A DNA stretch of 64,000 bases from Pavona decussata (Eukaryota), in the NCBI GenBank assembly GCA_977016875.1, contig CDRNST010000197.1:1-64000 (forward strand). The letters are read 5' to 3'. Shown here one piece after another: positions 36,071 to 48,800 of this stretch. A program made the translations under genes and the position numbers. Numbering within the stretch: position 1 is the stretch's first letter; each line of letters opens with the position of its first letter. The notes beneath the pieces were generated by a model. That model made no database searches. It saw only the letters and a program-made list of their open reading frames with translations, and was not told where the DNA came from.

Positions 36071-36810
36071 TTTTTAATGCTTATTATACAGCTAATATTA
36101 ATGTAATACTTCTAGCTACAGATAAGAAATAATATTGATGATTTACATTGAAAATACATTAAATAACTGGCATTCTAGGATATCTTACAATGAAATACAA
36201 AGCCGTAGTAACGGTATAGGTTTAATTTTTTTTTTCATACGTGATTCTCAGCTCACAAATGTTAAAAAAAAAAGTAAAAAAATAAATCAATATTTCACTA
36301 CATTGACTAGCTTTCCAGTGCAACAAAATAAACAGACTTTCATTTTTTAATATAAAACGTAAAATCAAAATTGTAAACAAACGAAGTAAAAAAACTTATA
36401 TGATAATTAAATTTGTTCACACTTTTAAGTTAATTATGGTACTCAAAAATAGCATAATTACTAATAATATTACAATATTAACACTAATAATTATTCTAAT
36501 ATTAATTATCGAATGTTTGATATTAACTTAATTCTACCTAATAAGCCATGCTAGCGATTTGTCCTGATTAATCAAAATGGGACTTTTCCAAACACTTTGT
36601 GAACAAAAACCGACGAAATTAAAAGAAAAGCACATTTCTTTTTTACAAATCTACAGATCGGTATAAAGGTGTTTTTGAACCGAGAAATTGTACACTCAAG
36701 TCAGTAAAAGCGTATAAAATGTCTTGCAGTCATAATCTTTATAAACTGTAAACAAAAAAGCGACTTAAACATAATTAAAAAAATGACACAACTTCACATT
36801 ACATTATGTG

Positions 36811-39800
36811 TTATAAATGCGTATCAGCGATTGAAATTCTCCTTAATTCATAATGCTCTTGTCCACTTATGTCCCTCTCTGGTTCTTTCTCGTCGTCTCG
36901 TGTTGGCTCCTGGTCATACTGGCCCCCAGTTTTCAGCGCAAAAACCAGGTCGTCGAAGTCCCGAGTTTCATAGTCATCTTCGTACATGTCATTTACTCGT
37001 CCCAGGCTCTCAGTGTCATCCATGTTGACGAGCATTTTACGACTTCCTTTAGGCGTGGCTCCAAAGTCTAGGTCATCCCAGTCGCTCTGTGTGCAGAAGA
37101 TATTCAAAGTAAATGAGAAATACCCCTCAGAGATGAAGACATTTAAGCCACAAGACTTGTATTCTTGCCCTGGAAGTGATTCTAGTCCAACGAAGGGTAT
37201 TTTGTCAGGATTTCCTTACCGCTACCCATTCATGCATCTCGGAAAGACAATAGGAAACACAATTTCTTTTCTCAGAAAATTAAGTGCACGGCAGGACTTG
37301 AACCACAGGCCCTGTGGTTAGGAAGTCCGATCTTAGCTTAAGAACAAACAAATAAACGCACAAGAACCACGACAAAGCACTTTTCGTTTCACAAACCAAT
37401 CACAGCAAACATGTTTTTTTTTTTCTTTTTTATATAAGAACCAATCAAGAAAAAGAGAATAATCGTTTCTTGGTTGATACATAATTATCCATTCTCTGAT
37501 TGGTTTGTTGCGTTCTTCGTGTTTGATTTGATTGGCCAAAAGTGAAAAGGCAATCAAGAAGGTGGGAAAGGGGGGGGGGGGGGAGGGTGGGGGTGGGGGA
37601 CATCAATCCTAGTTGCTTCATGTTACAGAAACAGGGTTAGGCATCGCGTGGACACTTGTGGGCATCCAATAAACTTGAGTTCTTTTTAGCTGTTAAATGG
37701 GCAGTTCTCGGTGCTGCGTATTGTGCATGCAACGTTAATTAGAAAAGGTTTGAGCTTAAGAGAAGAAACTTTATTTTATGTTACAAGAATTACGTTAATA
37801 TATGTCGTCACTGAAGATAAGGAAACAAACAAATGAACAAAACAAAAAGGACATGCAAACAGAAATTGTTATAGTGTAAGTACTAAAGAAAGTTTACAAA
37901 TCAAAATGAACTGCTTACAGTTCCAAGCAAACAAATTGCAAAAAAGTTAACACGATGCTAAACCATTCGTATGAAAGTGAGAAACGAGTTTTATTGCATT
38001 TAAGTTATTAATATCATTTACACTTGTTAACGTTTAGACTTAGTTTAGAAAAGGGAATTGCTATTTTAACTTGTGTTTTTATGCAAAACATGCTTTTCAA
38101 ACAAGTTATATTTAAACGTTATTTTTAAATGATTTACGTGATGCATGTGGTGACAAACGATCTAAGATATTTTACGTTATCAAACAAATCTTTTAAACTA
38201 ACAATTCTTGGACCCGGATATCCAATGGTGGACATGCGTCGTTCAATTTTCGTCAGATAAACCTGACCCGGTTAAAAAAAAAGAAAACAAGGTTATAAAC
38301 ATTGATTAATCAATGAGAAAAAATACATGCAAAGTTAAATGAGCATTTTAGTTACACACCTTTTAAAGTTTTAAAAGTTTTATATAATTCTAATTAAAGC
38401 GGTTTTGTTTGACTGTTGAGAGTACACAGGAGTTTCTTTAGATTGTCAATATCGATACCAAAGTAACCGATGCCAAGACATTAGGGTATGGCAGAGCTAA
38501 TCGATATTATATGGAACCGAACGGTATCATTTTCGTTTCCATACTGCACGTGGCCAACCCGAGACAAGGAAAAGCATGTGGTCAAAACTTTGACAAGGTT
38601 TTTTGTTGCGATCGGCAAGAGGTGATAAATGTAATGTTGGCTTTTAGACAATCGTAACAAAACCGCTCTATACCCCCAAACTATCATGCATTGGGGCGGT
38701 ACCTTTATTCTTTGAAACTTAATAAAATTCACACAAATCATGCAGTTATAGTCATAACTGATATCAAACCTTTAGTGTGAGAGACAAATTTCCAGACTAA
38801 ATATCAATAACAGGGTAATGTTAGCTCCACAGCGCATTTTTAAATTAAGGGAACTTTTGATCAGGTTTACGTTGAAGGTTCAGGTTTAAAATATCTCATG
38901 CTGAGTTTGCATGCGTAAAGGTAGTTTCTAATTGCAACAAAAGTCTGAAAAAATTATCAATTACAAAATAACCACTTTCAAAGACCAATCAAACCCTAAC
39001 TCCCTTCCATGGGAGTTGTTAAGCAAAATGACCCACATCAAAATGTCTTACTCCACATTATGTATGAATACAAAACTTGTGAAAATAACTCAGAAGCTAG
39101 AAAAATAAAAATTACATATCTTTTAACAAGTCTTACCGGATCATCCGGAGAATTTCTCATCCCAGGCCTTTTGAGGCTTGATATCGACTGCCCAGGACTT
39201 CCCGGGCTATCCCTGAACATGTCTTCTCGCAATTCTATCGGCGGCGGAACAGACGGCACGGCAAACGTCTGCTTAAACACGCCGCGTAACTGATTGCGCA
39301 GGCAGCAGTACCAGATAAACACGTATAACGCCTAATGACCAAAAGAAAAATGACAAATATTTGATTATGAGCTCAAAGCAACGTAGATGAAGACGTCGAA
39401 GTCCGTTTACGAAAGCGTCACTTGAAAATGCGGGATTGACCATTTCATAAGTACAGTCTAATTTTACTGTTTTTGTTAGTGATCGTCCTGTCAAAGCGCC
39501 GCCAGTTCCTGAATAAGGTGTCAGTTTTTTTAAAACAATTCTCTACACCGTCTCAAAGAAACGCAGATGAAGACGTCGAATTCCGTTTACGAAAGTCACT
39601 TGGAAATGCGAGATTTAACCTTCCAAAAGTAGTCATATTTTACTGTTCTTGTTAGTCATCGTCTTGTCAAGGCGCGCGCCATTTGTTGAATAAGGTGTTA
39701 GTTTTTTCAAAAAATTTCTATACTGTCTCAAAGAAAGGCAGATGAAGACGTCGAAGTCCGTTTACGAAAGCGTCACATGGAAATACGAGATTTAACGTTT

Positions 39801-42800
39801 CAAAAGTACATTCCAATTTTTACTGTTCTTGTTAGCGATCGTCGTGTCAAAAGTTCCGTCATATGTTGAATAAGGTGTTAGCTATTTTTTAAACATTCTC
39901 TGTACCGTCTGTTAGCTTTCTCCTACTGGAAATTACTTGTAAGTTGTCCTTTGTAACTAAAAACATGTTCATCGCAAAATCTCTCACCAGTATTGCGTCT
40001 AGTGCAATAAATGTGATGATCATCCATAGGGATCCAAAAGCCAAATGAAGCCCAGCGAACAGCCACACCAGCGTAAGAAGAACGAAGAAAGCCATGATGT
40101 AGCGGATTTCTAAAACAAAAACGAATTAAACATTGATGTACTGAGATATCAAAACGACCAAACGTGTTCCATGTCATATATCTCAAAAAAGAGAAGGAGT
40201 GAAAACAGAAGTCTGAGTGCTCCTGTCAGGAGTCGAACCTAAGCCCTTCCGATTACTAGTACGGATGCTCCACTTCTGAGCTACAGAAGACTCGTGTAAA
40301 CTCGGTTCACGTTCATGGGACAAACATCCTGCATACTTCTATGATTTGAATGCCATGTGTGGCATATGCGCAATAGAATAAATGTGATGGTGTATTTTAA
40401 GCCTGATAAATTAAGAGGAGGAGTATTTCATCCAATTTCCAAACGCCGAGCAGTGGCGCAGCCAAGTTTTTTATACCAACTTTGAAGTGTTTAGAAATTG
40501 GATGAAACACCTTCTGAAACCATTAATAATTCTTGGAGAAATTTAAAGTTAAAGTTGAAAGCAAGATCACATGCCCAATCTCCTTCACGGTTGTGATTTC
40601 CTTTATTTTCACGCCATAAATTATTAATGGTTTTGAGAGTACAATATACAACATCAAAGAAGTGCAAACCTCTCGCGAAAATCAAGGTTACGTGTGTCAT
40701 TAGACCATCGAACACCAAAGAAGGGCTGAATCCTATTTTTTTTTTTTTATTTCCCATAGAATTTCCCATAGGTAAGGTAAGGTCAACTATATTGTACCAG
40801 GGTGGCCCATTCAGCAACGAGGCTGATATCCAGAGGGACCCTGGACTAAAAATATAATAATTAAAAATACAAGACATCGAAATAATTTAAAAATACAGAA
40901 TAGAATTTAAAAATACAAGATATAAATTTAAAGATACAAGCAATAATTTAAAGAGTATAAACTATAAACAAGCATGCAATAATACGTTTTGTGCACAGTG
41001 CGTTTAATTTTGTGCGCTTAAGTTTTTGTTTAAACTTTTAATCTGCCCTCTGCTATCCATATCAATCTAAGTCTTCACTTATAGTTACCTCGGATATTGT
41101 AATGTCCGCGGAATACATCATCATAGTACTTCCACTGTGGAGTGACCTGATACGCCTGCGTGAACACTACAGCCACGCCCATCAGCAAGAGGAGGACTGG
41201 ACCGACTGCGCCGGCGAGTGCAGCGTAAGCGTTTGGAATAAAGCACCTAGTGAAACACAGTTCAAGAATCACATTGAATTCAGATAACAGTACTGTTACA
41301 TAAGGTTCCCAAAGCAACAAAACAACCCTCTGGAAGGTCTGCAAGCGATGATGAAATGGCGGACGTTAGCTAAAGTCAACATTCATGCCTACACTTGACG
41401 TCACAATTAACAGTGGAACACCTTGCTAAAGGTCAGAATACGTTTTTACATGTGCAAGGCTCTCCCCTCCCTTCCTCTCCCCTCCCCTCCCCTCAATTCT
41501 GAGCTAAACACTTTCGGATGTTACAAGTCGTTGTTTTCAAAACTAGGGGACACACTCGACACAGTTTTAGGAAATCCTCCACTTGATAGGATGGCAGAAT
41601 TTTTGTCGCTGGTGACAATTTAGACACCTCGGGTAGCGAGAAATAATCTTGGGTAAAGTCTCTTGTCTAAGGAAAAAATACGACAACACAAAGATAACGT
41701 AGCCTCTACTGACCCCACTATCTTCAGACCGACAGTCCGATCGAATAAAAGCTTTGTAGAGTGCAACAAGACTCCCCGGACAAACACAACAACAACAAAA
41801 ACGAACAAAGATAACTTACACCTGTCTAGAAAAATAAAATAAAAATGTCACGTTCATTAAGAGCAGCAACACTCACATGTCTCCGTTGTCGTGTACATCT
41901 GCGTAGGATTTCGTGAAATCCCAGCTGAAACCCAGTTGTGTAACCATAATATAGAGCACAACGACAACAACAGGCAAGCCTGAAAGAAACACACATGAAT
42001 TACGTTTCTACGAGGCTGTAGCTCTTTAAAAATTGGATCTCTATGACGTGCCTTTTCCATATTTAGATAAAGATCACAATTTTATTGGTTTGAATTTATG
42101 CTTTAAACATTTGCTGTGGGTGGTCAGAGATAATTACATTCTGTTTGGTTGTAATAATAACAGAGCGGCTTTCGATTGAGTGTCGCAAAACCAAAGTATT
42201 TGCTCTGACCAATTACAACAGACGTAAACAGCACAATAAGCCAATCAGAATTACGGAAAAACGCGTGCGACCGAAACACAATTGGTTTGGGTTTGGCATC
42301 TTATTGGTAAAGAAAGTGGCGCGAACTTTGCCAACCAATCATAGAACGCAGTAAACCAAAACCAAGGCAAACGCGAAATTACTTTCGACACTCAATTAAG
42401 AACCGTTCTAGTCTGAAGAACAGCCACCCCTCAGAACTTATGCACTTGACTTTCAAATGTATTTGATATTTAAGTCCACTGATACGACTGAACTGAAAAG
42501 CGACTCCGCTTCTCGTTGCTGCTACACGGAGCATGCGTACTAACCCCATCCAAGGATGAAGAACATGACAAATTTCCTGTCCGTGTGCTCATCATTTAGC
42601 ACGAAAATTCGCCACAAGTTCCACGCCTGAAAATAAAACATAAATTCACACATATTACAACTCAGCTCTCACCAACTTCTGATGCAAAGGTACTAGGGGT
42701 ACTACTCCCGCCCCGGGTCCCCTCCCCTTCCCCACATCCTTGGCGTGCTTGTTTCATAAATCCCCGTTAAGTAATTGGCTTTATTAAAATTATTCAACAA

Positions 42801-45800
42801 ACTTTACATAATAAGGTCTTAAGCTTTATAGTAAAACTGACTAAGTAAAGTTAAGAACGTTTATGGGTTCGCAGCGAAATGGGTAGGATGTAATTGTGGC
42901 CACGTTCTCGCTAGCATCGTGACTTCGCCCAGACCGAGACGACCTGCACCGTTTGCAACGTCTTACATGTTTGGTCGAGAGAGCAAAAGGACAAACATTC
43001 AACAACAGAACAATGCTCGCAACCCTACATACACAATGCAGCTGTAGGTTATAAGGGTCAAGTGAAAATAGAGTTTTTGAAGGGTACAGGTCTGTTAAAG
43101 AGATCACGTAGGCGGTGGGTGGAATCACTGCTCATATTTATCCCTACAAAGATACCCCAACAATCTACGCCTGGCTGGAGAAGCTATATATGTCTGTATT
43201 GAGAGCAACGATGTGGAGCAAAGTGATGGCAAAGACAAATTCTTGAGCAAACATCTTTCACAACTCACGTCCCTCGTGCTAACTGTGTCATCATCAATCT
43301 CCTATCAGCTACATCTATACATAAAATTAAAGTAACGTACCTCAATAAACATCCAAGTAAACTGGCACAGGAAGAAATAGTGGAAAAACACGGCGAGTAC
43401 AGAACAGCGAGTAGGAAGGTCCACCAACGTGGGGCTCAGATAAGCGCCGAGAACGAACATCAACTGAAAAGTATCATGTTTAAAATAACGTAAGCTTATT
43501 ATGAGACCTCGATAACTCAGAAATCAGATAATACTACCATTCCTTAAGAAAGGTAACAAACGAACACCTAACTTGTCGTTACAAATATCCATATTTGATC
43601 AAACACACAGGTTACGAAAATAAGGGGTGATCACCAAAGACAATTTTTTTTCTTAATATCTTTAATTTTGGTGAGCTCACTGAAATACGTGCATAAAATT
43701 ATTATTAAATTAACATAAAAAGAAGCTTGGGTCGGTTATCTTTAAGACAGTTAAGGCGGTGTTTAGCAAAACCACGTTCTAAGGCATTTTCAATTTTGCC
43801 AACAGTCATATCTAAACATTGTCTGCTGCTGACGGTAACAAGAAGACTTGCATCCCAGACTAAAAAACTATTTATCTACTTAAAAAAAAAATAAAATAAA
43901 ATAAAACACTTATAAACAGATTTGGAGGCCAGACTCTGTTTAAATAACTGGCCCAATAACTTCTAAAACCATTTCGTCACTCGCCGCTTCCGAAAGTTTG
44001 TATTAAATCAGCATCAGTGGGAATTGCGAGTACTCACCTGGCCCATCATACAAGAGAAAAACAAATGCATCAGCAACTTGGCAGCAAACATATTCGCAAC
44101 GGAGCACAGATGATGGATGATCACTGCCAGAGCAAACACACCCTGATAACAAGAAAAGAAAAGATTACCATGAAAATTGTACTACGGACTAATGAAAGCC
44201 AAAGGTTAACAGGACGAACGGAGGTTCGACTCCCATGCGGACAACTCGTTTTTCTTTTCGTATGAGACATGTGGATGGAGATAAATTCAATCTGTGTTCA
44301 TGCGAGTGATCACCAAAACTTCACAGTTGCGAGCATGAAAGTTGATATTATTGGCTTTCGATTTTGCTGATTCTTGTTCTTGGTGTTGTTTTGTTCCTGT
44401 TGTCGTTGTTGTAACGATGTGAAAGAAATAGAGCTGAAAACCAACTTACAATTTAGGAAAGAATCGTCAGCAAATCAATTTGTTCTCCTTGTAACGGAAG
44501 ACTTACCAGGCAAACAAAGCAGACAATAAAGAAAGCTAGGTTATAACCAGCTCGGTCATCACTTTCCCCTTGAGCTGCAAAGATGGAGAGATGGTCGCAT
44601 TGACACTCTACATAATCCTCTTTATCACTCTGAAAAACAAGAAATCGCAAGTTCAGAACGATAGTCAACCATCAAGTGCCAACACTAATTGCTTTTCTTC
44701 GTTTATTACGTTCTTTGATTAGTGGAACGACAAACCTTCATGCAACTTTCTGAACCAATTAAAAGTAAAACCAACGACAATCGTGACTTTATTGCAAGCG
44801 TTTTCATGCGCTTGACACATTTACATGCATTTTCTTCGAGTTCTAATTGGTCCATAGTGTTGTTTACATTGCTGTGATTACAGCTGCACCCGGATCAAAA
44901 CGACGTTGGCATCGTCTTCAACAAGCCGGCAAACTGGCTTAGCAACCACCACATGCAACAACTTGTATGTGCCTCAGCTTTGGTTATTGTGAGTGTACGG
45001 ACAAACGATGGGAAAAAGGCAAAATAACACGCTCACCTTTTTCGTGCATCCTTCCTTGGACCAAGCTGACTTGGAATGATCCCAGTACACACAACTAGAA
45101 AAGAAACCAGAAATGCACTCTTTTTCAATACAGCATCGTCAAGGCAATGTGGCAATGTTGTCTATCTCGTCGTTGTTATCTTGAAGCTAAAAAATTACAT
45201 TTTTCCAGAGTTACATGTAAAGATAGAAAATATAAATTGAGAATACTTACTCGGCTCCCTTTGGAGTGACTCTCTTGTTGTTGGTATAAATGCGGTATGT
45301 GACAGGATTTCGGCTGCTGACGAGTGACGAGGAGTCGTTTGATGAGGTGGAGAGGACCTAAAGAAACAGACCACGCTCGGTTAAGGCTGGTTTCCGCATC
45401 GCTTAGAACACTCAACGATAACTGCCGCTGCATAAACTGAGCAATTATCAGCAGTCCAAGTAAACCTATTAGCTAACTAGGAAAAGTGTGAGCCGAACAC
45501 CAAGCAAGATAAGATAGGGAACACAACAAAGAATTAACGTAAACACGGTAAAGCAAGAAACAAATACAGCAAACACTGCAAGAAGATATGTTTCTGTGAA
45601 GCTTACGTCGAACACAGGTCGATTAAAAACGATGGAATTGATGAATGTCTTTACGAGAGAGAATGAAGAAACAAGAAGAAAGAAAAGAAACTGAAATGAA
45701 ATTAAAAGACGTTAATACCAAGATGCAGAAATCTAACCTTGTCACTGATGACAGGCGGTTGGCCAGGCTTGTTAAACCAGTGAGCGGTCTGATAGTCAAT

Positions 45801-48800
45801 AAAGTGGACATCGCGACACTAAAAAACGAAATGAAGATTAACTAAACAAACTGTGGCAAGGAAATGATCAACAACAACAACAACAGCAAATGAATATAAA
45901 ACAATGGAAACAGCAAACCATTAGAGTCACGCTTACCTCTAAGTCACCCGATGAAGACGTGGAATACAAATTGGACGGATACTGGAAGTAATCTTTTCCT
46001 TTGCTGCAGAGAGCAAAAACAAACACTTAAGAGGCAATGCAACTGACATTTTTCAACAAATGTTAGTGAACGTCCCAGGATGCATTTCGGCGGGCGCTTC
46101 TTAAAACGTATGGCGAGCGCAGGCTGGTTAATAACACGAGCCATGTATGAAAACATACGTGCAATTCTTCACAAAAAAGGTCTAGCTATCCTTAAGGTGA
46201 TTTTTCCAGTAAAATTCGAAGCGATCACTCTTAACCCAAGTAGGTTCTTTGCATGACTGTACCATTGAAACTCTCGTACAACTTGCCCGTGAGACAGGTT
46301 TACTTACAATGAGTCGTTACCTTGGGAACTATGGTAAGCCATTCATCTACTGGCCACAGAAACTTAGATTCCTTAAGACAAACTCTACAGGAGTTAGCTG
46401 AGGATAACTGACTTGCCTGGATTTAATTTGCAGTCCATTCAGCTGAGCAGGTGTTCGTCTGAACCCTTCTACAGTGGCATAAGTTCCTGTTAAGGTTGCG
46501 GTCTGCTGGTCTGAACACGACAGGCCGTTCAACAAAGAAAATGCAAACACCTCGAAAATTGTAGAGAACTTGTCTTGACCCCTGGAATATGAAAAGGAAC
46601 GTTCTTAAACTCGTTAATTAACAAAGAAACTCATAAACAAGATGAAAGCTTCGACATCCAGACCCATGTGAAGTTTCACATGTATAATAATTTTCACACG
46701 TACTTGGTGTCGTCTCTTGAGGGGTTCAAAAGTTCATCAAAGATTTTCATCATTAGGTTCTTGGAACGGTCTTCCAACCTAGAGAACAAATAATAAATAA
46801 TATTGTTGTTTATATGTATACACAAACAGAGACTGTACTACTACTACTACTACTAATGATGATGATGATGATGATGATGATGAACTTTGTTCAGTTTATA
46901 CTATATTGCTCTCCAACAGATAACTATTTTCTATATCGTTTCTATATTATGGGCTACGACTTGCGGACTACGGAAAAAGGAAAAATCATGACAAAATTAA
47001 ACCAAACAGAAAAGTTTGAGCCCTCTGTCTTCTTCACATTTACAAGTGGCTTTTCGTAACGATTTACATTTTTGACCAGTCGAAAATTTTGGTCTTCTTT
47101 ACCACAATTCATGTGAAAAGAAGGTTGCCTGTTGTCAAATAAGATGGGCCCTGGTTCGAAGTAGCGCGTCACTTACACACGGTCGGCTGAAGATGGCAGG
47201 CTCTTCTTGTAATTTAAAATGGCACTGATCGTGTCACGTGTCAGCTGCAGTTGATCCTCATCCAGTGTTTTCTGAACATTGCTGTGCAGTTCCGTGAGAA
47301 TACTGCAAGGAAAACAAAATAGTCATGACTCTTGCGCATTAGGCAGCTGCAGCGATCCATTTGGATCAAAGGCTCCCTCCACCATAAGGGGCCGTCACCC
47401 AAGGATAACGACGAACGTAAATCGCCTTCTGGGGTGCTTAAATTGTCAGCTACTTCACTTCACTTTTATTTCAGATGCTACCTTAAAAAGATATACACGC
47501 ACCGCGACGGCTAGCGATATTTAAAACTCACGGAACTGGCTGTCCCCGGCAATGTCCACGGCTCGTTGTGGAAGAGAATTCCAATTAACAATTGTGCGGG
47601 GAAGAAAACTGAATTTATAGATGTTATTACGGGTATAGGGCGGGACATAGTGTTCACCATGCATGGAACATTTTAATGGAACACTTGAATGGCAACAAAA
47701 AAAAAAGTTCCCTGACTTGAACGTACAACAGCAAGACGTACACTGCTGTAAATTAGACCACAACTTTCGGTGCGCAGGGGAGCTGATGAACTTGTTACGG
47801 TGAATTTAACGAAAATCTCTGAGCATTTAAGCAAATAAAATGCACGCCAAATGAACGTCTAAAATGAAAACAAAAGTAAAAGAAAATGCCTCACCGATAG
47901 ATATCTTCATCACTAAGCGGTGTTTGAAGAGCTGAGGCTCGTAATCTGAGGAAGGTTGTTGTTTCTTTGTTTTCAGAAATGATAACCATTGAAGTGTTGA
48001 ACTCTTGAATAATCCTGAGTTTAAGATAAGCGGCATAAAAAACGTTAGTACTTTCCCTCTCACAAGCATGTTGTCCAACAAAACGGGTGGTGGCAATGAT
48101 CACCTAAATTATCCAATCATCTGTGAACACCGTTTAAGCTCTACTAAGCCTTCGAGGAGCTTAAGATGGGTGGGGCGGGCGGGCGGGGGAGGAGGAGTTT
48201 AGTACACAGGAGGGTTTATTCCTAACCGTTTGAGCAAAACAAAAATCACCTTTTCCGAACTTTTAACACAAGAGGACTGTGTTTCACAGACAAGATGTTC
48301 GATGTTGTTCATGTATTTGGTTTTATCAACTGAGTTGATAAAGTAACTGGCCACCGTAAAGAGATTTGAGTGTTGACGTTTCGAGCGTCAGCCCTTAGTC
48401 ACAGCGAATCCATACTTCCTTTAGAAACAAACCCTCTTATCCCGATGTTATTCATACCTCACCACAGTAATACTTCTTCTCTTTGAAAACCTCATTTTCG
48501 TGCAAGCAACGGAAATCTTATTTGAAAGTCAAGTTTGACCGTCAATTTATTGCTGAGCTTTGAGGTATGTTTTGCATTTTTGTAACACTGATTTCAATCC
48601 TTGCTTTGTTACTAGTTGAGAGAAAAAAGAGCGAGGACTCATCACAATACTAGATATCTTCAACCTAGTTCCCCAGGGTCTCTCATCTTCTCGTCCTTTG
48701 GAACGAGAGAGATAGAGGGGAGACCGGAAGAGGAGAGACCCTGGGACCGAAGTTGAGACATCCCAACCACTAGGCCTATTAGATAAGAAGACTTTATCAC

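Noticed and set aside
40217-40292. tRNA-Thr(AGT) gene
   Set aside because: The acceptor stem does not pair and the sequence is embedded in a longer repeat; it is a SINE head.
42841-43128. 95-aa minus-strand ORF as an alternative ADGRV1 exon
   Set aside because: No convincing splice sites or homology; the flanking exons join in frame without it.
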